DNA from: Verrucomicrobiota bacterium
Lineage (GTDB): Bacteria > Verrucomicrobiota > Verrucomicrobiia > Limisphaerales > AAA164-E04
DNA length: 64,000 nucleotides
Direction: 5' to 3'
Assembly: GCA_047947115.1 (NCBI GenBank)
Contig: CP170459.1
Coordinates: 711,467-775,466 of the forward strand
Shown piece by piece: positions 10,176 through 21,144 of this stretch. The translations under genes were made by a program, and so were the position numbers. The notes below the pieces were generated by a model that saw nothing but the letters and a program-made list of their open reading frames with translations, did no database searches and was not told the DNA's origin. The stretch's first letter is position 1. Every line of letters begins with the position of its first letter.

Positions 10176-10955
10176 TTAAAGGGACTCCGCCACTCGCTCG
10201 ATCGCAAAGGCTCGCCCTGTGGGAATATCCACTTTGATCAAAGCCCCACGAAGCATGACATCTTCCTGCGCCACTCCAAACCGTTGGGGTTGATGTGTCA
10301 GAAAGCGCTTGATAACCGGATCTATTTCTCGCCCAAGCACACTCGCCTGCGGTCCGGTAAACCCCGCATCACACAGAAAAGCAGTCCCACCAGGGAAAAT
10401 CTGTTCATCAGCGGTGGGAACATGAGTGTGAGTCCCCACCACCATGGACACTCGACCATCCAGGAAACGTCCCATGGCGATCTTTTCAGAAGTCGCCTCT
10501 GCATGAAAATCCAACACGATGATTGGGGTCAGTTCGCGTATTTCTTCGAGAACAGTTTCCACTGCATGAAACGGATTGTCGAGGTCGGGCATGAAGGTAC
10601 GCCCCTGAAGATTCATGACCGCTACCTTGGGGCCATTTTCGTTCTGCCAGATGGTCCACCCTTTTCCCGGCGTTCCCGCAGGGTAATTGAGGGGTCTCAC
10701 AAAAAACGGCTCCTTCTCCAATAATCCAATCACTTCACGCTGGTCCCACAAATGGTCGCCTGTCGTAATCACGTGAACCCCTGCCTCATACAACTCTCTG
10801 GCGGTGGCAGGCGTAATTCCCGCCCCACCAGCCGAGTTCTCACCGTTCGCGATCACCATATCCACACCATGCCGCTCAACAATGCGAGGCACACACTCCC
10901 GCACCGCTTTTCTTCCCGGTCTCCCTACCACATCACCAATAAACAAAATATTCAT
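10176..10955 (-). CDS. YmdB/TIGR00282 metallophosphoesterase
   Basis: ILFIGDVVGRPGR, IANGENSAGG, DFHAEATSEK, GTHTHV; start placed at ATG 10955. Confidence 0.9.
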   Translation of the reverse strand: MNILFIGDVVGRPGRKAVRECVPRIVERHGVDMVIANGENSAGGAGITPATARELYEAGVHVITTGDHLWDQREVIGLLEKEPFFVRPLNYPAGTPGKGWTIWQNENGPKVAVMNLQGRTFMPDLDNPFHAVETVLEEIRELTPIIVLDFHAEATSEKIAMGRFLDGRVSMVVGTHTHVPTADEQIFPGGTAFLCDAGFTGPQASVLGREIDPVIKRFLTHQPQRFGVAQEDVMLRGALIKVDIPTGRAFAIERVAESL

Positions 10956-11213
10956 GAAATGCAGACTAGGCCCCACGTTAACCGTTTTGCAAGACCGCTC
11001 ACCACGCATTCACTCTTACACGCCTCACCAAAACATCCATTAATGATGTGTAATTAGTTTACCTTATTTAATATCTTGCAATTTGTCTGCCTCTATGTAT
11101 ATTGGGGTCGCGTAAGGGTCGGAACAGGATTATGTCAGATAATACAACGAATAGATTGCACAATTTTCGATCATCTGACACCACCCCCGCCCCGGAAAAG
11201 GGAGCCTGAATAT

Positions 11214-12112
11214 ATGCAAATACAGAGTCTGAAAGTTTTTAGTGATCTGGCGGAAACAGAAAGCTTTACCAAAGCTGCACAAATCAATGGCATCACGCAA
11301 TCAGCGGTCAGTCAGCAAATTGGATCACTTGAAAAGCAGTTCGAAACCTTGTTGATTGAACGTAGCAAAAAGAAATTCCGCCTGACGCGTGAAGGAAATG
11401 TGCTGTACGGTACAGCAAGCAAATCATCCAAACCTACGATTCCCTGCTCAATCACCTGCAGGAAATCAAAGATGTCGTGTCAGGAACAATTCGTGTCGCA
11501 ACCATTTATAGCGTGGGCTTGCACGAGCTGCCGCCCTACATGAAGCGGTTCCTGAAAGAATACCCCACCGTGAATGTGCACGTTGAATACCGCCGCTCCA
11601 ACCAGGTTTATGATGACGTGCTCAGCAACGTGGTAGACTTGGGCCTCGTCGCCTACCCTATCAAGGATTCACGCCTGGAAATCATCCCCATCCGAAACGA
11701 CCGTCTGGTCCTGATCTGCCATCCCGACCACGCATGTGCCCAGTCAGATACAATTCAATTATCCAGTCTGGAAGGTTTGAATTTCATTGGATTCGAACCT
11801 GACATCCCCACTCGAAAGGGAATTGACAGAATCCTGAAAACATTCGGAGTACAGGTCAATGTTGCGATGGAATTCGACAATATCGAAACCGTCAAGCGAG
11901 CGGTCGAAATCGACGCAGGTATTTCCATCGTACCTCTGGGAACTGTCACACAGGAAATCAACAAACAAACCCTCACCTGCGTGGAAATTGCCGACGACAC
12001 CTTTTACCGACCGCTGGCCGTGGTCTACAAGAAGAGCAAAGTCCTCTCACCTGCCATGAAGGAATTCATGAATATTCTGAAAGAGGATCTGGAAAAGGCA
12101 TCCAAAAAATGA
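11214..12112 (+). pseudogene. LysR family regulator split by a 1-bp deletion at about 11409-11410 (real lesion or sequence error)
   Basis: HTH (SFTKAAQINGITQSAVSQQI) in one frame; linker and effector domain (YSKQIIQTYDSLLNHLQEIKDVVSGTIRVA...) continue in another frame after GTG CTG TAC GG TAC. Confidence 0.8.
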
Positions 12113-12125
12113 TTGGATCAGAGGC

Positions 12126-13208
12126 ATGCATCAAGATACATGCCCAGCCAAAGTCAAAGTCGCCGTCATCGGTGCCTCCGGCTATTCAGGTGAAGAGCTC
12201 GTCAAATTGCTCCTGCTCCACCCTCAAGTGGACCTGACCGCGTTGACCTCTCGTCAATACGAAGGCAAATCTCTTGGGGAAGTTTTCCCAAAATTTGCCA
12301 ATCTGCCCGGCGCCAAAGAACTCAGCTTTATCGCACCGGACACGGACAAAATACTCGAACGCGCCGAACTCGCCTTTCTGGCCCTCCCCCATGGAGTGGC
12401 TGCGGAATTTGCCACCCCCCTATGTGCGGGCGGATGTCTGGTTATTGATTTGAGTGCGGATTTCAGAATCCACGATCCTGTGGTATACAAAGAATTTTAT
12501 GGTGCCGACCACCCTGCCCCGGAACTCCTCGAGCAGGCCGTCTACGGACTCCCCGAATGGCGAAGGGATGCCATAAAACAGGCCAAGCTCATCGCCTCGC
12601 CCGGATGTTATCCGACCAGCATATTGCTGCCGTGCCTTCCCTTAATCAAAGAAGATCTCATCCAACCCTCCACCATCATCGCCAACTCACTGAGCGGAGT
12701 GAGCGGGGCCGGTAGAAAGGCGGACATCCCCTACCTCTATGTCGAATGCAACGAAAGCGTCCGTCCCTACGGTGTGCCCAAGCACCGGCATCTTTCCGAA
12801 ATCGAACAGGAAATCAGCCTGGCAGCGGGATGCAAAACAGTGATCCAGTTCACGCCACATCTGATCCCTGTCAATCGAGGTATTCTGACCACTCTCACCA
12901 TGGCACCATCGGAAAAGGCGATGGCGAACAACCATGCTGCTTCCATCATAGAGCAAGTCGATGCATGCCTGAAAAAGGCTTACGAAAACGAACCTTTCGT
13001 ACGATTGCTCGGAGCCAAAGGACTTCCGGACACCAAACATGTGGTCGGGACCAACAACATCGAGATCGCCTTTCGATACGACGAACGAACCGGACGGCTC
13101 CTTGTGATGAGCGCCGAAGACAATCTGGTCAAAGGAGCCAGCGGACAGGCAATTCAATCGATGAACATCCTGAGGGGTTTTCCTGAAACCACAGGGCTGA
13201 TGCTTTAA
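12126..13208 (+). CDS. argC: N-acetyl-gamma-glutamyl-phosphate reductase
   Basis: IGASGYSG, FLALPHG, DLSADFR, SPGCYPT, DNLVKGASGQAIQ. Confidence 0.95.
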   Translation: MHQDTCPAKVKVAVIGASGYSGEELVKLLLLHPQVDLTALTSRQYEGKSLGEVFPKFANLPGAKELSFIAPDTDKILERAELAFLALPHGVAAEFATPLCAGGCLVIDLSADFRIHDPVVYKEFYGADHPAPELLEQAVYGLPEWRRDAIKQAKLIASPGCYPTSILLPCLPLIKEDLIQPSTIIANSLSGVSGAGRKADIPYLYVECNESVRPYGVPKHRHLSEIEQEISLAAGCKTVIQFTPHLIPVNRGILTTLTMAPSEKAMANNHAASIIEQVDACLKKAYENEPFVRLLGAKGLPDTKHVVGTNNIEIAFRYDERTGRLLVMSAEDNLVKGASGQAIQSMNILRGFPETTGLML

Positions 13209-13243
13209 CCCGTCTCATCCGCCTCCATCCTGAACAGCTCTTT

Positions 13244-14029
13244 ATGAACAGACACTCCACACTCCAAATCCGAATCTGGCTGGCCCTGATCATATTGCTT
13301 CATCTGACAGCAATCAGTCAGGAGACAGCGACAAAAGACACCCCCAACGAACCGCTTGTAGCGACCTTTTCCATCGTGGGATTTGACCCTGAAACCGGTG
13401 ATCTGGGAGTGGCGGTCCAGAGCAAATTCTTTGGGGTGGGAACCGTCGTCCCCTGGGCAAAGGCGGATGTGGGCGCGGTCGCCACCCAAAGCTATGCCAA
13501 CATCACCTACGGCTCCGAAGGCATCGCCCTCCTGGAAAAAGGTTTCACCCCAAAAGAAGCCATCGAACACTTGACCAGTCATGACGAAGGCAGCGCACTC
13601 CGGCAAGCGGGCATCGTGGACGCACACGGGCGGGCCACATCCTTCACCGGAGCCAAATGCAACGATTGGGCTGGGCACGTGGTGGGAGAGCATTTTGCCG
13701 CACAAGGCAATCTGCTGGCCGGTCAATCCGTGGTGGAAGACATGGCTTCAGCCTACCGGAAAGCTGCTGACCAACCGGGATCGGAACTGGCCGACTGGCT
13801 GATGGCTGCCATGAAGGCCGGACAGGAAGCGGGAGGAGACAAACGTGGCCGCCAATCCGCAGCGTTACTCGTCGTCCGAAAGGACAGTGGCTATGACCGG
13901 AAAAACGACCGTTACATCGACTTAAGGGTGGAGGATCACAAAACACCCATCATCGAACTCCAGCGACTTCTCGACATTCACAAACAATTCTACCGCCGGG
14001 CACACGCCAACAAACCAAAGCGAAACTGA
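13244..14029 (+). CDS. DUF1028 Ntn-hydrolase-superfamily protein with signal peptide
   Basis: TFSIVGFDPETGDLGVAVQSKFFGVG, AQGNLL, GGDKRGRQSAAL, DLRVEDH. Confidence 0.85.
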   Translation: MNRHSTLQIRIWLALIILLHLTAISQETATKDTPNEPLVATFSIVGFDPETGDLGVAVQSKFFGVGTVVPWAKADVGAVATQSYANITYGSEGIALLEKGFTPKEAIEHLTSHDEGSALRQAGIVDAHGRATSFTGAKCNDWAGHVVGEHFAAQGNLLAGQSVVEDMASAYRKAADQPGSELADWLMAAMKAGQEAGGDKRGRQSAALLVVRKDSGYDRKNDRYIDLRVEDHKTPIIELQRLLDIHKQFYRRAHANKPKRN

Positions 14030-14068
14030 CCGGCACTGCTAAAACCCGTTGCCCAGTCATGCCTCCAC

Positions 14069-14374
14069 ATGAACGTTCCATCTTGTTTTCAAAGCAACGC
14101 ATTCGGAACCTTCCTTCACCTGCGCATTCAACCCAGAGCCAGCCGGGATGACATCGTCGGATTGCACGGAGACGCCCTGAAAGTTCGCATTACGGCCCCA
14201 CCTGTTGATTCCACCGCCAACGAGGCGTTGATCAAGTTCCTCGCAAAACAATTGAACCTGCCAAAATCTCGTCTGCAACTCACCAAAGGCCAAACTTCAC
14301 GCAACAAAACCATTTTCCTGACGAACACCCAAGTCGACGACCTCCCAAAAGAATTTCTGGAACGCTGCGTTTAG
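14069..14374 (+). CDS. DUF167 (YggU-like) protein
   Basis: IQPRASRD...LKVRITAPPVDSTANEALIKFLAK...GQTSRNK. Confidence 0.9.
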   Translation: MNVPSCFQSNAFGTFLHLRIQPRASRDDIVGLHGDALKVRITAPPVDSTANEALIKFLAKQLNLPKSRLQLTKGQTSRNKTIFLTNTQVDDLPKEFLERCV

Positions 14375-14627
14375 AATAGTAAATGATAAATGTAAACAGT
14401 GAATTGGGTTCAAGGTAGATCGGATCAACCTGTCCCGCGACTGAGTTGATCTCGAAGCGCACCCCATGGCGCAACAGAACTGAAAAACCTTTCAGTCACC
14501 TTCCAAAGATGAGAGGTCTTTGACAACGGTAAGCTTCCCGAAATGAAAACTGATAGTGAACTGGTTCCCACAAAGGACGCGCCAGGGACGGCACGTTCTA
14601 CCCGGCCCCACGGTTCCAATTCATCAT

Positions 14628-15461
14628 TCATTTTTTTATGGTCACCTCCACCCGATGCAACATGCCGCGCCACATGCGGACATCCAGATCCGATGGACGA
14701 GCGCGCGCAAAGAAATCGGAAAAACGTTCCATCATACCCGTTTCCTGATCTGCGTGTAAAAACCCGGTCGCTTTAAGAACACTTTCCAGGTGGGACTTCA
14801 TGCCCTCCAACTCGGAAACGGAAGCAAGGTTCATGGAATCCTTTTGAGTGGCGAGATGGGAAGCGCCGGCTGTTGAGTTGCAAAAACGGGACACCTCATA
14901 AAGAGTCACCATCACCGCATGAGAAAGGTTCAACGAAGAAACTTCTCCAAATGTAGGTATATGAAGCAGCATGGTACACAACGCCAATTCCTCATTGGTC
15001 AGACCACTGCTTTCGCGTCCGAACATAAAACCGATCTTGCGTGCATCGACCGGGACATGTGATTCCAATTCAGGCAGAGCACACCCACGACACTGACGGG
15101 AACGCAATCGGGCGGTTGTACCAAACAGCGCCTGCAAATCTGCCACGGCATCTTCGGGAGACTCGAACACTTTCGCATCTAAGAGCAACCTTTCCGCATG
15201 CGCGGCCCGCTCTCTCGCTTCTGGACACAGCGGATCCTTGGGACGCACCAACCTTAGATCGTCAACCCCCATGTTGCCCATGGCACGCGCCACCGCACCG
15301 ATGTTTCCCGGGTGAGAAGGTTCGACGAGAATGACGCTGATATCTTGTGCACGAAGTACGGATCTCATCCCAAGATCCTGCAGGGATTCCGGGGAGCAGA
15401 CCAGCGTTAAGGTATTTTTCGGCTTGCTTTTTGGATCTTTTTGCAGCACTTTTTCACTCAA
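14628..15461 (-). CDS. TrmH/TrmJ family SPOUT RNA methyltransferase (start uncertain, possibly about 15368)
   Basis: LVEPSHPGNIGAVARAMGNMG, FGRESSGLTNEEL, SLNLSHAV. Confidence 0.88.
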   Translation of the reverse strand: MSEKVLQKDPKSKPKNTLTLVCSPESLQDLGMRSVLRAQDISVILVEPSHPGNIGAVARAMGNMGVDDLRLVRPKDPLCPEARERAAHAERLLLDAKVFESPEDAVADLQALFGTTARLRSRQCRGCALPELESHVPVDARKIGFMFGRESSGLTNEELALCTMLLHIPTFGEVSSLNLSHAVMVTLYEVSRFCNSTAGASHLATQKDSMNLASVSELEGMKSHLESVLKATGFLHADQETGMMERFSDFFARARPSDLDVRMWRGMLHRVEVTIKK

Positions 15462-15680
15462 CGCTCGTTATCAGTAGAGAGCTTACTGCTTCCACTCAGC
15501 AAAGAATGCTTGGAGACCAGGGGGCAGCGTGAAGGGACCAGAGAGTCGCTTACACGAATTTTTGTTGAAGCAGAACTGAGCAAACCCGCCAAGGCTTTCC
15601 TCATCGTGCATGCATCGATTCAGAGCTCGTCTGTGATGCGACCCCACACGGGGCCGGGCTGAAAATGTACGCACTCAATT

Positions 15681-16910
15681 ATGTCATTCGAAAAACTGAA
15701 TCTGGACGAACGCCTCCTGAAGGCAGTTGAAGCCTGTGGCTTCGAAACGCCCACCCCCATCCAAGCAAAGGCCATTCCGATCATTTTGGAAGGTGGAGAT
15801 GTGATGGGATCCGCGCAGACTGGAACAGGAAAGACAGCAGCCTTTGTGTTGCCGATCCTGCACCAACTGATCACAAGAAAACCCGTTAAAAAAAGCGTCG
15901 GCCCACGTTGTCTCGTGGTGGCTCCCACAAGGGAACTGGCGCAACAAGTAGAAAAAGACGCCACCGCTTTCAGCAAATTCATCAAGTTCACGCAAGGCTC
16001 CGTGGTGGGGGGCGTTTCCTACGGACCACAACTGCAAATATTGAAACGCCCGCTGGATCTGCTCATCGCCACACCGGGACGTTTACTCGATCATATGGGG
16101 CAGGGTCGGATTGATTTTTCCCGTCTGGAATTCCTGGTCCTCGACGAAGCCGACCGCATGCTGGACATGGGATTCATTGGGGACATCCGAAAAATCGTCG
16201 CAGCCGTCCCGGAAAAAAGGCAGACACTGTTGTTTTCCGCCACCCTGGAGGGACCGGTCCTGCGTATGGCCCAGACCATCCTCAAAGACCCAGAATCCAT
16301 CCAACTGACAACCAATCAAAAGAGCCACGATCAAATCGATCAAAGGATTCATTGGGCGGACGACATATCACACAAACACAATTTGCTGGCCCACTACGTC
16401 CAGACAGAAGACGTCAGTCAGGCCGTTATCTTCACTTCCACAAAACGTGGTGCCGATGAACTCGTATTGCAGTTGAATCGCAAAGGCCAACAAGCCGCCG
16501 TGCTTCACGGAGACCTTCGCATGACAGCGCGCAAGAAGACCATGGACGAGATGCATCACGGGAAGATCAAGCTACTGGTGGCGACCGATATTGCCGCCCG
16601 TGGATTGGACTTCAAAAACATCAGCCACGTATTTAACTTTGACCTCCCCAACACAGCCGAAGATTACATTCACCGCATCGGCAGAACAGGTCGCGCCTCC
16701 GCCTGCGGAACGGCCATTTCATTGGTGTGCCGCAAGGATTGGGATTATCTGGTCAGCATCGAACGTTTGACCGGTTCGAAGTTGAAGCGTGACCTGATTC
16801 CCGGGCTGGAGCCACGTTCAAAAGAACCTAAGACACGCTCCACCCTGGGAAATGCGGGTCGTTCATGGAAACCACGCCGCCGAGGAGTGCCCAGGCGTCG
16901 CGTGCGTTGA
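15681..16910 (+). CDS. DEAD-box RNA helicase (RhlE-like)
   Basis: AQTGTGKT, PTRELA, LDEADRM, SAT, ARGLD, HRIGRTGR. Confidence 0.95.
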   Translation: MSFEKLNLDERLLKAVEACGFETPTPIQAKAIPIILEGGDVMGSAQTGTGKTAAFVLPILHQLITRKPVKKSVGPRCLVVAPTRELAQQVEKDATAFSKFIKFTQGSVVGGVSYGPQLQILKRPLDLLIATPGRLLDHMGQGRIDFSRLEFLVLDEADRMLDMGFIGDIRKIVAAVPEKRQTLLFSATLEGPVLRMAQTILKDPESIQLTTNQKSHDQIDQRIHWADDISHKHNLLAHYVQTEDVSQAVIFTSTKRGADELVLQLNRKGQQAAVLHGDLRMTARKKTMDEMHHGKIKLLVATDIAARGLDFKNISHVFNFDLPNTAEDYIHRIGRTGRASACGTAISLVCRKDWDYLVSIERLTGSKLKRDLIPGLEPRSKEPKTRSTLGNAGRSWKPRRRGVPRRRVR

Positions 16911-16995
16911 TCACCCTGTCCCATCCACGCCTCCCGTTGTTTCACTCAAAAATCCCGTTTGATCTTTCAACCATCCAACGGCATAAGTAACCGAC

Positions 16996-18291
16996 ATGCA
17001 TCATTTCAAATACACGAAAGGACAACTGTTTTGCGAGGATGTTTCTGTGGACGCACTGGTCCGGGAACATGGCAGCCCACTGTACATCTATTCCAGCCAG
17101 ACCCTGGTGGATCATCTGTCCAGATTGAACGGAGCGCTTTCCGATCTCGACCACATGGTCTGCTACGCGGTCAAGGCCAACTCCAACATCGGCATCCTCA
17201 GCACGCTGGCCGAACAAGGCAGCGGATTTGACATCGTCAGTGAGGGGGAATTGATGCGTGTGTTGGCGGCGGGAGGCAAGGCCGAGCGCTGTGTGTTCGC
17301 AGGTGTGGGAAAGTCTGAACACGAAATTGAATTTGCCCTGCGCAAGGGAATTTATTCCTTCAACGTCGAAAGCATCGCGGAACTGGACCGCATTGACCGC
17401 GTTGCTGGGCGTTTGAAAAAGAAGGCCCCCGTCTCCGTGCGTGTGAACCCGAACGTGGACGCCCAAACTCACGCCAAAATCACCACCGGCACCTACGAAA
17501 ACAAATTCGGCGTTCCATACGAAGAGATCGGAGACCTCTACAAGAAAATTTCCAGCAGGAAAAACCTGAACATCCGGGGCGTGCAGATGCACATCGGTTC
17601 ACAGTTGACACAGGTCAAACCCTTCGTCGACGCGGTGCGCAAAATGATCCCACTGGTCAAGCAACTACAATCCCAACATGAGTTGGAAAGTTTCAGCATC
17701 GGTGGCGGACTGGGCATCATTTACGAACAGGCCCTGGCGAGCGGCAGCGCAAAATGGTGGACCGGCAAGGAGGCCAAGGGCATTTTGACTCCGGAAAGTT
17801 ACGCGGCAAAACTGGTTCCCTTGTTGAAACCCCTTGGCATTCGCATCTTGTTGGAACCCGGACGATTCATCGCGGGTAATGCCGGAATCCTGGTGACGCA
17901 AGTGGAATATGTCAAAGACACCGCAAGCAAACATTTTGTCATTGTGGACGCCGCCATGAACGATCTGATACGCCCGGCCTTCTATGAGGCCTATCATGAA
18001 ATTGTTCCCGTCAAACGCAAAGCAGGCAAACTTATCTCAACCGATGTGGTAGGCCCCATTTGTGAATCCGGCGACACGTTCTGTAAAAATCGCCCACTCC
18101 CAAAGGTGAAGGAAGGTGACTATCTCGCCATGCTGAGCGCAGGAGCCTATGCCTTTACCATGGCTTCCAACTACAACACGCGCCCCATGGCCGCAGAAGT
18201 GTTGGTCAAGGGTTCCAATCACCAGGTCATCCGTCAGCGTCAAACGTTGCGTTCTCTTTGGAAAAACGAGCAGTTACCCGATTGGGATTAA
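16996..18291 (+). CDS. lysA: Diaminopimelate decarboxylase
   Basis: YAVKAN, HIGSQ, LEPGRFI, GPICESGD, GAYAFTMASNYN. Confidence 0.95.
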   Translation: MHHFKYTKGQLFCEDVSVDALVREHGSPLYIYSSQTLVDHLSRLNGALSDLDHMVCYAVKANSNIGILSTLAEQGSGFDIVSEGELMRVLAAGGKAERCVFAGVGKSEHEIEFALRKGIYSFNVESIAELDRIDRVAGRLKKKAPVSVRVNPNVDAQTHAKITTGTYENKFGVPYEEIGDLYKKISSRKNLNIRGVQMHIGSQLTQVKPFVDAVRKMIPLVKQLQSQHELESFSIGGGLGIIYEQALASGSAKWWTGKEAKGILTPESYAAKLVPLLKPLGIRILLEPGRFIAGNAGILVTQVEYVKDTASKHFVIVDAAMNDLIRPAFYEAYHEIVPVKRKAGKLISTDVVGPICESGDTFCKNRPLPKVKEGDYLAMLSAGAYAFTMASNYNTRPMAAEVLVKGSNHQVIRQRQTLRSLWKNEQLPDWD

Positions 18292-18339
18292 ATCCAAGCA
18301 CCGCTTTTTCCAATCCAAAGCGCTGAGTTAGCCCGCTCC

Positions 18340-19575
18340 GTGGAAACTGAACTCTTTATCACTGATCAAGACGGAGGGCCCATTGAGGCCATTGGCGATC
18401 GCTCGCAGTGGCCATTGGGGGAGGGAATGACATTCCTGAACCATGGATCATTCGGCAGTTGCCCCAAACCTGTCCTTGCTTTTCAACAGGAGCTTCGCGA
18501 CCGATTGGAACGTCAACCGGTTCGTTTTTTTGTCCAGGACCTGGAGTCCATGTGGGACGAAGCACGCAATTGCCTGGCGAACTTTCTGAAAGCAGCCCCG
18601 GAAGGGTTGACCTTTGTTTCCAACGCAACGCACGGTGTCAACACTGTCCTGCGATCACTTTCATTTGAAAAAGGGGACGAATTGTTGGTCACCGATCATG
18701 AGTATAACGCCTGCCGAAATGCGCTCGATTACGTGGCCAAACGAACCGGAGCAAAGGTAACCGTTGCCAAGATCCAACTACCGGTCAAACAACCGGAGGA
18801 CGTTCTGGCAAGTATTCTCGAAAAAGTCTCGCCCAAAACAAAACTGCTGCTGATCGACCATGTCTCCAGCCCCACCGCCGTGGTGTTTCCGCTTCAATGC
18901 ATCGTGAACGAAATGCGTTCCAGAGGTATTGAAACACTGGTGGATGGCGCTCATGCACCGGGTATGCTGCCACTGAACCTTGAAGATTTGGGAGCGGAAT
19001 ACTACACCGGTAATTGCCATAAATGGCTTTGTGCCCCCAAAGGCTCGGCCTTTCTATATGTCCGTCCCGACCGCCAGCCATGCATTCGCCCTCTCGCCAT
19101 CAGCCATGGTGCAAACGCCACACGCACCGACCGATCCCCCTTTCATCTGGAGTTCAGCTGGACCGGAACATCCGACCCCACAGCATGCCTGTCGGTTCCC
19201 AAAGCGATTGAATGGATGGGACAACAACATCCTAAGGGATGGTCTGGAGTCATGAATAGAAACAACCGATTAATTTTGCTTGCAAGGAGTTACCTGACCA
19301 GCACTTTGAACTGGCATGCCACAGCACCGGCTTCGATGGTTGGTTCGATGGTGTCATTTCACATGCCGGATGCTGAAACCACGGTGCAACCAAGCTCCCC
19401 TCTTTACGCTGATCCCATGCAGGACATCCTATGGGGTGAACATCGAGTGGAAGTCCCCATTATTCCCTGGCCCGCTCCTCCCAAAAGACTGATGCGGATA
19501 TCTGCCCAGTTGTATAATGCCATGGAGGACTACTCCAAATTGAGTGAAACATTGAAAATTGTTTTATCATCCTGA
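18340..19575 (+). CDS. Class V PLP aminotransferase (isopenicillin N epimerase / cysteine-lyase-like)
   Basis: FLNHGSFG, VDGAHAPG, YTGNCHKW, RISAQLYN. Confidence 0.85.
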   Translation: METELFITDQDGGPIEAIGDRSQWPLGEGMTFLNHGSFGSCPKPVLAFQQELRDRLERQPVRFFVQDLESMWDEARNCLANFLKAAPEGLTFVSNATHGVNTVLRSLSFEKGDELLVTDHEYNACRNALDYVAKRTGAKVTVAKIQLPVKQPEDVLASILEKVSPKTKLLLIDHVSSPTAVVFPLQCIVNEMRSRGIETLVDGAHAPGMLPLNLEDLGAEYYTGNCHKWLCAPKGSAFLYVRPDRQPCIRPLAISHGANATRTDRSPFHLEFSWTGTSDPTACLSVPKAIEWMGQQHPKGWSGVMNRNNRLILLARSYLTSTLNWHATAPASMVGSMVSFHMPDAETTVQPSSPLYADPMQDILWGEHRVEVPIIPWPAPPKRLMRISAQLYNAMEDYSKLSETLKIVLSS

Positions 19576-19732
19576 GTGCGTTCCCTGTGAAAATATCCTG
19601 ATGCAGAGCACAAAAAGATTGATAAATCCAAAGAATTAAAGACAATGCGGGCCTCAAGGGAGTCGTATCGGGTTTGTAGAACCGGTTCGCTAGAACCCCG
19701 TAATCACACTAAAACAAACAAACAACAGATAT

Positions 19733-20029
19733 ATGGCAAAACCATTGACCAAGTCACAGCTCGCGACAACCATCGCCGAAAAATCAGGTGTGACCAAGAA
19801 AACCGCAACCGAAATCCTGGACCTTTTGGCACAGCTTGCATACAAGGGCGCCAAAGATGGATTCACTGTCCCTGGAATCGGAAAACTCGTTCTGGTCGCA
19901 CGCAAGGCTCGTACCGGTCGTAATCCTCAGACAGGGGAAGCTATCAAAATCCCTGCCAAGAAAGTCGTAAAATTCCGCGTGGCGAAAGCCTGCAAAGACG
20001 CCGTAATCCCCGCCAAGAAGAAGAAATAA
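19733..20029 (+). CDS. HU family DNA-binding protein
   Basis: PGIGKLVLVARKARTGRNPQTGEAIKIPAKKVVKFR. Confidence 0.95.
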   Translation: MAKPLTKSQLATTIAEKSGVTKKTATEILDLLAQLAYKGAKDGFTVPGIGKLVLVARKARTGRNPQTGEAIKIPAKKVVKFRVAKACKDAVIPAKKKK

Positions 20030-20060
20030 TCATTCTTCTCACAGCGAGACCTTTTAATTC

Positions 20061-20100
20061 AAAGGGCGCTTCGAATCATCGAGGCGCCTTTTTTCTTTTT
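20061..20100 (+). terminator. Rho-independent terminator after HU gene
   Basis: GGCGCTTCGA-ATCA-TCGAGGCGCC stem followed by a T-rich run. Confidence 0.75.
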
Positions 20101-20131
20101 GTGGCACATCGTTCATGCCACAACCTTGGAT

Positions 20132-21121
20132 ATGAAAATTGGAGTTGTCGGCTGCGGAGCTCTGGGAAGTTATTATGGAGGCCTGCTGTGCAGGAACGGC
20201 CACGATGTGCATTTTCTCCTTCGATCCGATTATCAACACGTAACAACCCACGGCGTCTCCGTTGAAAGCACAAAGGGAAATTTCACCTTCACCCCTCACG
20301 CACACCAACACGCATCAGAGATCGGCCCATGCAACTTGGTGATCATCGGACTGAAAACAACCGCGAACCATCTGTTTCCTACTCTCCTTCCCCCTCTGAT
20401 CGGTGCAGACACCATCGTGCTGACCCTCCAAAACGGACTCGGAAATGAAGAGGCACTCACTCAATGCGTCCACCCTGACCAAATCCTGGGAGGCCTTTGT
20501 TTCGTTTGCCTGAACCGTATACGCCCCGGCCTCATCCGGCATATGGATCATGGACTGATTGTGATGGGAGAATGGACCGGACCCGCCAGGCAGAAAACCT
20601 TGGATCTGGTCGATGTTTTTAACCAAGCCGGTATCCCCTGCAAATCCACCGACCACCTCATGCAAGCTCATTGGGAAAAATTGATGTGGAACATACCCTT
20701 TAATGGCCTGGGTGTGGCGGGACTTTTGGGTCATGGCGGTTTCGAATCAGATATACCTTTATTGGAAACCATACCATCCGAACAATGCCTGGATGCCAAC
20801 GCCCTGCTCGACGATCCCGTATGGGAAACTCGCGTTCGGTGCCTGATGAAAGAAGTGCGCACCGCCGCCGGAAAGTTGGGGCATCCAATAGACGAAGGAT
20901 TCGCAGACCAGCTTGTCGCCCGCACACGTACCATGGGACCTTACAAAGCTTCCACATTGATCGATTATGAAAGAGGTTACCCCTTGGAGATGGACAGCCT
21001 GTTTCGCGAACCGCTTCGACAAGCGAAAGCAGCCGCCCTTCCAACTCCACTTCTCGAACGACTGGTCATGATTCTGGAAGAATTACAGAGGCGTCAGGAC
21101 AAACGCGACTTGTCAACTTGA
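20132..21121 (+). CDS. panE: Ketopantoate reductase family protein
   Basis: IGVVGCGALG, LTLQNGLG, WEKLMWNIPFN, STLIDY. Confidence 0.8.
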   Translation: MKIGVVGCGALGSYYGGLLCRNGHDVHFLLRSDYQHVTTHGVSVESTKGNFTFTPHAHQHASEIGPCNLVIIGLKTTANHLFPTLLPPLIGADTIVLTLQNGLGNEEALTQCVHPDQILGGLCFVCLNRIRPGLIRHMDHGLIVMGEWTGPARQKTLDLVDVFNQAGIPCKSTDHLMQAHWEKLMWNIPFNGLGVAGLLGHGGFESDIPLLETIPSEQCLDANALLDDPVWETRVRCLMKEVRTAAGKLGHPIDEGFADQLVARTRTMGPYKASTLIDYERGYPLEMDSLFREPLRQAKAAALPTPLLERLVMILEELQRRQDKRDLST

Positions 21122-21144
21122 GCACCAATCCGTATCACATCCCC

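Noticed and set aside
15462-15680. Long leader upstream of the DEAD-box helicase as a riboswitch
   Set aside because: No known riboswitch consensus could be matched by eye; an Rfam/Infernal search would be needed.
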